From contig JBNJNM010000006.1 of NCBI GenBank assembly GCA_052426225.1, forward strand, positions 2,046,001 to 2,110,000: 64,000 bases of DNA, in the 5' to 3' direction. The position numbers and the translations under genes were made by a program. The stretch comes from Zancudomyces culisetae HAW-14-8. Its lineage: Eukaryota > Fungi > Kickxellomycota. Below the pieces are notes generated by a model. The model was not told the DNA's origin, did not search any database, and worked only from the letters and a program-made list of their open reading frames with translations. Positions 58,498 to 64,000 of this stretch are shown here, piece by piece (the first letter of the stretch is position 1; the number at the start of each line of letters is the position of its first letter).

Positions 58498-60227
58498 GAG
58501 GAGTGGTAGATCTGAAACAACATAAACAACTCTCTCCTAACAAATTATTATATTCAAATCTAGTTCACACTATATATACCACAGTCACCAGTCAACCATC
58601 TCAACAACTAATAATCAATATCACTTTAAGTATAGGTAAATTTAAATTAAAAACAAATGCAATGGTTGATACAGGAGCCACAGGATACTTCATGGATAGT
58701 CAGTTTGCCAAAAACAATAGGATCCAAAATTATATTAAACAAATACCTACGAAAGTTGAATTTATCGATGGTTCTGAAAACCCTTCGGGACCTATAACTA
58801 CTGAAACTCAAGTATTATCTTTAACTATTAATAACCACCATGAATTTATCATTTTTGATCTTTTGCCTATTAAACACGCAAACATAATCTTGGGACTACC
58901 TTGGCTCTACGAACATAATCCCCTTATTGACTGGCGAGATTCTACTATTTTATTCAATGATATATATTTTAAAAGATACTGCTTATTAAAAAATAACAAT
59001 TTATATAAAAATGACAAAATCGTAAACTCTAACATAAAAATAACAAAACAATATAACAACAAAAAAACTATAAAAGAACAGGAAAAGTTACAAAAAAAAT
59101 ACTATTCACCAAACACTCAAGAAATATTTATAAATAATAACAACATCTCAATACCAACTTATAATGAAACAGTAAACAAGGATACTGAGACTAACTTAGA
59201 AAATTTAAATAATAAACAAAATATCTATTTACCCAAAGATAACACTAAAGTCAATTCAACTGAAAATAGAAACAAAAATAACTTTAAGAACAAAATTGAA
59301 AATGTTAAAGACAATGGCATTTCCCCTCATACATCAAGCAACCTGAAAAGTACTATAAATAATCCAACTGAAAAAACAACCTCCAAATACGTATTAAATA
59401 AAAATACAACTACAGCTACTTATACAACAGAAAATAACACCACAGATTATAAAACTACAGACAATAAAACTACAGACCATAAAACTACAGACCATAAAAC
59501 TACAGACCATAAAACTACAGACTATGAAACTACAGACTATAAAACTACAGACCATAAAACTACAGACTATGAAACTACAGACTATAAAACTACAGACTAT
59601 GAAACTAACGAACAAAATTTTACTACTATGGACACAAAAAATAATGAAAATCCGGAACTGGACATCATAGAAATGAAAACCACAGTAAAAGCAGATACGA
59701 ATGACACTACTAGAGACATTGAAATTATAGACAATAAACCAAATGAGAAGGAAACTATAATAATTAATACTAATAATCAAGAGATTAGTCATCAAGAAGA
59801 AACCGAGAAAGAAACTATACATCCCAAAACTATAGATTATAATAGTGAGGAACCCACATTAACCAATACAAAAAATCCAAATGTAGATATGGAAGATGTG
59901 GACATGGAAGATATAGAAAATAGTGAAGAATACCAGGATGAAGTACCAATGATATACGAATATTACCCAATTTGGGAAGAAAAAATGTATACAGATAACT
60001 ATGAAAAAGATAAAATGTGTAGTCAATCCATTAGACTAACTACTCCACCTCCAGCAATACCAATAGTACCTCAAAAAAGAAAATATTATACAGATGAATT
60101 AGAGTTACTGTCACCACTAAAGAAAAACAGATTTAATATAGCCCACATAATCGGGATTATTCAAAACCCATCTATAGAATTCGAAAAAGAAATATTACCT
60201 CAAATTCCAAACGAATATATGGATTAA
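58404..60227 (+). CDS. Pol N-terminal part of element 2 (aspartic protease plus long low-complexity spacer), in the -1 frame relative to gag
   Basis: AMVDTGATGYF and IILGLPWL..HNPLIDW protease motifs; overlaps the gag 3' end. Confidence 0.88.
   Translation: MLLLWKSGPFGTTLSGKDKEGKTIKPTVSDLGGVVDLKQHKQLSPNKLLYSNLVHTIYTTVTSQPSQQLIINITLSIGKFKLKTNAMVDTGATGYFMDSQFAKNNRIQNYIKQIPTKVEFIDGSENPSGPITTETQVLSLTINNHHEFIIFDLLPIKHANIILGLPWLYEHNPLIDWRDSTILFNDIYFKRYCLLKNNNLYKNDKIVNSNIKITKQYNNKKTIKEQEKLQKKYYSPNTQEIFINNNNISIPTYNETVNKDTETNLENLNNKQNIYLPKDNTKVNSTENRNKNNFKNKIENVKDNGISPHTSSNLKSTINNPTEKTTSKYVLNKNTTTATYTTENNTTDYKTTDNKTTDHKTTDHKTTDHKTTDYETTDYKTTDHKTTDYETTDYKTTDYETNEQNFTTMDTKNNENPELDIIEMKTTVKADTNDTTRDIEIIDNKPNEKETIIINTNNQEISHQEETEKETIHPKTIDYNSEEPTLTNTKNPNVDMEDVDMEDIENSEEYQDEVPMIYEYYPIWEEKMYTDNYEKDKMCSQSIRLTTPPPAIPIVPQKRKYYTDELELLSPLKKNRFNIAHIIGIIQNPSIEFEKEILPQIPNEYMD
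59439..59603 (+). repeat. 11 x 15-bp coding tandem repeat (ACTACAGACHATRAA consensus; TTD[Y/H/N][K/E])
   Basis: Read directly from DNA and protein. Confidence 0.95.
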
Positions 60228-63082
60228 AAACAGCATTTGACAAACAACTAGCAAACAAATTACCACCGCATAGGCCATATGATTGCCCAATAGAATTATT
60301 ACCTAATTCAAGCCCCCCTTACAGACCCATATACTCACTATCTCCAAAAGAATCGAAAACGCTAAATGAATATATCCAAGACAATCTTTCTAAAGGTTTT
60401 ATCGAAAACTCCACTTCAGAAGCTGGTGCACCCGTATTTTTTACATCCAAAAAAGATGGATCCCTTCGACTAGTAGTAGATTACAGAAAATTAAATCTAA
60501 TTACTCGAAAAAATCGATATCCACTACCACTAATAAATGAATTATTAGAGCGAGTACAAGGCGCTGAAATATTCACTAAATTAGATTTACGAGGCGCTTA
60601 TAACCTCGTAAGAATTAAAACAGGCGATGAGTGGAAAACGGCCTTTCGAACCCAATTCGGTCACTTCCAATATAATGTAATGCCATTTGGGTTGGCGAAC
60701 GCTCCAGCAACATTCCAACATTTTGTGAACGATATTTTTAAGGATTTTATTAATATATTCATGGTAGTTTATTTGGACGATATTTTGATATTTTCAAAAA
60801 ACAAAAACGAACATATTAACCATGTAAGGCTAGTCCTAAATAGACTTATCCAAAACAACCTATACGTAAAATTGGAGAAATGTGAATTTAATCAAAAACA
60901 AGTAGAATTTTTAGGATATATAGTTTCTAACGAAGGACTACAAATGGACAATAAAAGAATTGAAACTATACAAAACTGGAAACCACCATCCACAGTAAAA
61001 CAGATACAAATATTCCTAGGATTTTCAAATTTCTATCGACGATTTATAGAAAATTTTTCCAAGATCATAAGTCCAATTACAAGTTTATTGAAAAAGAACG
61101 CACAATTCATATGGACACAAGTACATCAATGTGCTTTTGACGAATTAAAAGCTAAATTTACGTCCGCACCTATATTAAAACACCCAATACCGGATAAACC
61201 TTTTATACTCGAATGTGACGCGTCAAATTATGCGATAGGTGCCGTACTATCTCAAAAACACGACAACATATTACACCCATGCTGCTATTACTCGAGAACA
61301 CTAAACGACTCGGAAAAGAATTATCATATATTTGACAAAGAACTGTTGGCAGTTAAAGATTCTTTAGAACAATGGAGACACTTACTGGAGGGCGCATATC
61401 ATCCTGTTACAATTATGACAGACCATAAAAATTTAGAATATTTTAAAGATGCTAAAATTTTAAACCAAAGACAGGCCAGATGGTCTCTATTTCTATCCAG
61501 ATTTGATATTAATCTTATGTATAGACCAGGAGCTAAGAATGGAAAAGCAGACGCCTTGACCAGAAGAGAAGAACCCAAAGATAAAATATCACAATATAAT
61601 ACTGACCCTATAATGACCCCAAAAGCAATAATAGGAGCTATTCAAACCAACACAATTGATAAGGAAATTAATCTAGGATACACAACTGAAAACATTAATA
61701 AAATACTACTTGAAAATAAAGAACTGAAACTAAGGCTAGAAAACGGTCAAATCTTAAATCATGAAAATAAAATATTTGTACCAGAAAACGTGAGAAAACA
61801 AGTACTTGAAGAATTTCATGATACACCTCTAGCAGGACATTTTGGCACAACTAAAACATACGAATGCATATCGAGGAAATATTGGTGGTCAAAGTTGAGA
61901 GAAACAGTAGAAAATTATATTAAAACATGCGAAACATGCAACAGAAATAAATACCAAACATCAAAACCAAAAGGATTTATAATACCACTAGATACACCGG
62001 GAAAACCATGGCAATCAGTTTCACTTGATTTTATAACAGACCTGCCTAAATCTTTAGGAAATACTACTATTTTGGTTATAGTAGATCGCCTAACTAAAAT
62101 GGCGCATTTTATAGCATGTAAAAAACTTCCAACATCTATAGAAACGGCTAAATTATTTATAGACAACATCTTTAGGATACACGGAATGCCTAATTCAATT
62201 GTATCTGATCGTGGATCTCAGTTCGTATCACGATTCTGGAAAGACTTCTTTAAACTCTTGAATGTTAATATAAATCTTTCAACAGCATATCATCCTCAAA
62301 GTGACGGGCAAACAGAGAGAATTAACTTAATATTAGAACAATACCTAAGATGTTTTATAAATTATCAACAGGATAACTGGTCACAACTGCTGACCTTTGC
62401 TGAATTTGCATATAATAATTCATACCATAGTTCAACTAAATTAAGCCCGTTTTATGCTAATTACGGGCTCCATCCAAATTTAAATACAAACTCAATATCC
62501 AACTCTAATTTACCTAGTGCGCAAGACCTAATTATTCAGATTAAAGAAACACAAGATGTATTAAAAAATCAACTAGAGAAAGCTAAAAATAATTATAAAT
62601 ACCAAGCGGATAAAAAAAGAACAGATTATGATGAATACAAACCAGGAATGAAAGTGTGGTTATCTCAAAAACACATACATTCAACAAGACCGTCTAAGAA
62701 ATTAGATAATCTATTTATGGGACCATATGAAATAATATCCATGATAAACCCTGTTGCTGCCAAATTAAAATTGCCTTATTCACTTAAAATACACCCTGTA
62801 TTTCATATCTCATTACTTAAACCATATATTAAAGACTCCATAAGAAAGACTAAACTAAACCCACCACAAATTGAAATCTTAAACGGCATACCAGAATACA
62901 TAGTAAACAGAATACTAGATAGTAAAAGAATACATGGTAAACTTAAATACCTAATCGATTGGGAAGGGTATCCCCCGGAAGAAAGATCATGGGAATATGA
63001 GGAAGATGTGCATGCACCTATCCTAACAAAAAGATTTTATAAACAGTACCCTAACAAACCAAAACCCACACAAACAAGTTGA
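60224..63082 (+). CDS. Pol RT-RNase H-integrase-chromodomain of element 2, separated from the protease part by a 1-nt frameshift at about 60224
   Basis: Frame is open from before 60224 (LPPHRPYDCPIEL, LVVDYRKLN, KLDLRGAYN) into MPFGL/YLDD, ECDAS, HHCC, DFITDLP, GPY and chromodomain YIVNRILD..YLIDWEGY..RSWE. Confidence 0.92.
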   Translation, partial: LKTAFDKQLANKLPPHRPYDCPIELLPNSSPPYRPIYSLSPKESKTLNEYIQDNLSKGFIENSTSEAGAPVFFTSKKDGSLRLVVDYRKLNLITRKNRYPLPLINELLERVQGAEIFTKLDLRGAYNLVRIKTGDEWKTAFRTQFGHFQYNVMPFGLANAPATFQHFVNDIFKDFINIFMVVYLDDILIFSKNKNEHINHVRLVLNRLIQNNLYVKLEKCEFNQKQVEFLGYIVSNEGLQMDNKRIETIQNWKPPSTVKQIQIFLGFSNFYRRFIENFSKIISPITSLLKKNAQFIWTQVHQCAFDELKAKFTSAPILKHPIPDKPFILECDASNYAIGAVLSQKHDNILHPCCYYSRTLNDSEKNYHIFDKELLAVKDSLEQWRHLLEGAYHPVTIMTDHKNLEYFKDAKILNQRQARWSLFLSRFDINLMYRPGAKNGKADALTRREEPKDKISQYNTDPIMTPKAIIGAIQTNTIDKEINLGYTTENINKILLENKELKLRLENGQILNHENKIFVPENVRKQVLEEFHDTPLAGHFGTTKTYECISRKYWWSKLRETVENYIKTCETCNRNKYQTSKPKGFIIPLDTPGKPWQSVSLDFITDLPKSLGNTTILVIVDRLTKMAHFIACKKLPTSIETAKLFIDNIFRIHGMPNSIVSDRGSQFVSRFWKDFFKLLNVNINLSTAYHPQSDGQTERINLILEQYLRCFINYQQDNWSQLLTFAEFAYNNSYHSSTKLSPFYANYGLHPNLNTNSISNSNLPSAQDLIIQIKETQDVLKNQLEKAKNNYKYQADKKRTDYDEYKPGMKVWLSQKHIHSTRPSKKLDNLFMGPYEIISMINPVAAKLKLPYSLKIHPVFHISLLKPYIKDSIRKTKLNPPQIEILNGIPEYIVNRILDSKRIHGKLKYLIDWEGYPPEERSWEYEEDVHAPILTKRFYKQYPNKPKPTQTS

Positions 63083-63104
63083 GAAAGTCATTAAAGGAGA
63101 GTAA

Positions 63105-63372
63105 TGTCAGAATGACATATCTCCACACTTTCCCCACATAAATAAGATTATATTTGTCTCACAATATTATGGAGTTAATTTCAGACACATAGTATTGGTT
63201 ATAAATAACCACATATAAATTATATAAGATACTACACCATTAATTGTTATAGTAAATTTCATATATAACCCTAGCTAAAAGATTTTATCGCAACTCAGCG
63301 ATAAAATCATATTTCATAGTCCATAGTAATTTAAGCTTATAATAATAAAGTTACCTTAATATATTCTTGACA
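63105..63372 (+). repeat. 3' LTR of element 2
   Basis: Direct repeat of 57329-57596. Confidence 0.96.
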
Positions 63373-63637
63373 ATTTGTTATAAAACTAACTATACTGGTA
63401 CGCTGCAAAAATTTGTTTATTAGCGTATCTTTATTTACTATTTTTGAGGACGCAGATTCAAATATTACTACTTAAACGTATTTAAATAAAAACTATTATG
63501 ATGAATTGCCAAGAAATCTTGACTAAAAATAATTATAGATAAGAAATAAAATTGATAACTATTGAAAACTATTCCTTATCATATTCCCAAAAACCACAAG
63601 GGGAAAAAAATGGAATACGAAACTCGTAATTTCCAAT

Positions 63638-63780
63638 AATTCATACGACATTTGTCGTGTGTGTTTATAATACTTACACACACGCTAAGAAAGGACCAAC
63701 GTTGAACCATTGTCCTAAAGTGGCCTTTTCACCATTGTGGTTTTTGCTACAATTAGTGGTTCAACGTTGTCTATATTTTA
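63638..63780 (+). ncRNA. Candidate structured small RNA (unassigned family)
   Basis: 9-bp stem 63656-63684 and perfect 13-bp stem 63697-63709/63757-63769 with internal hairpins, preceded by a motif shared with the tRNA upstream region and followed by T-runs. Confidence 0.3.
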
Positions 63781-64000
63781 TATTTTATTACTATGTTTAT
63801 ATATTAATACTTTCATAATAGTATAAACTATTTTAGGAAAAAACCTTTAAATACGACGAAACAAGATTCTAAGGAATCTTGTTCGAAATTCACTCAAAAT
63901 CATAGCGTTTATATATTATTAAATAAAACAATTTATACTAAAAGACTATAAAAGAGTACCGAGCCAAAATTAATATATACTCAGTCTCGTCGTACTGTAG

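Larger units (their letters stand above)
57329..63372 (+). mobile_element. Full-length chromovirus-type Ty3/gypsy LTR retrotransposon (element 2), 5-bp TSD ATTTG
   Basis: 268-bp LTRs at 57329-57596 and 63105-63372 (TG...CA, identical by eye); ATTTG at 57324-57328 and 63373-63377; PPT AAAGGAGAG before the 3' LTR; gag, protease, RT, RNase H, integrase and chromodomain. Confidence 0.97.

Noticed and set aside
59439-59603. Regular repeat array considered as a CRISPR-like array
   Set aside because: Contiguous 15-bp coding repeats without unique spacers, inside a retrotransposon pol, with no cas genes.
63723-63732. GCCTTTTCAC resembles U5 snRNA loop I (GCCTTTTAC)
   Set aside because: Extra C in the invariant loop, and no canonical Sm site or 3' hairpin follows.
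1-64000. Selenoprotein, tRNA-Sec or SECIS signals (known in some early-diverging fungi)
   Set aside because: No gene model here needs an in-frame TGA, and I saw no TCA-anticodon tRNA or convincing SECIS by eye.

Overview
Eukaryotic fungal genomic DNA: short GT(AAG)-AG introns with CTAAC branch sites, an intronless pentafunctional AROM gene and AT-rich intergenic spacers. The style suggests an early-diverging fungus such as Zoopagomycota/Kickxellomycotina (inference only). Bases 1-48.5 kb are gene-dense with 16 genes: AP-1 gamma adaptin (5'-truncated), ASF1, cyclophilin H, ARO1, a low-complexity possibly Tco89-like protein, an unknown membrane protein, two tandem 8-Cys GPI-type proteins, a GDA1/CD39 apyrase, an atypical P5 ATPase, two SDR/Rossmann enzymes, a trypsin, a CENP-B/pogo-derived protein, a PAQR receptor and aminopeptidase P. 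From 48.6 kb to the end is a transposon/Pol III island containing a decayed LINE remnant, a tRNA-Val(AAC) gene and two complete, apparently very young Ty3/gypsy elements lying head-to-head. Element 1 (single ORF, tRNA-primed, 4-bp TSD, no chromodomain) is inserted 9 bp upstream of the tRNA, as in Ty3-like Pol III targeting. Element 2 is a chromovirus with an 11-nt Tf1-like self-priming PBS, plus a U3 anti-primer hairpin that can only form at the 3' end of the RNA. A repeated TTCATACRACA motif precedes the tRNA and two unannotated hairpin sequences, which are candidate small RNAs.
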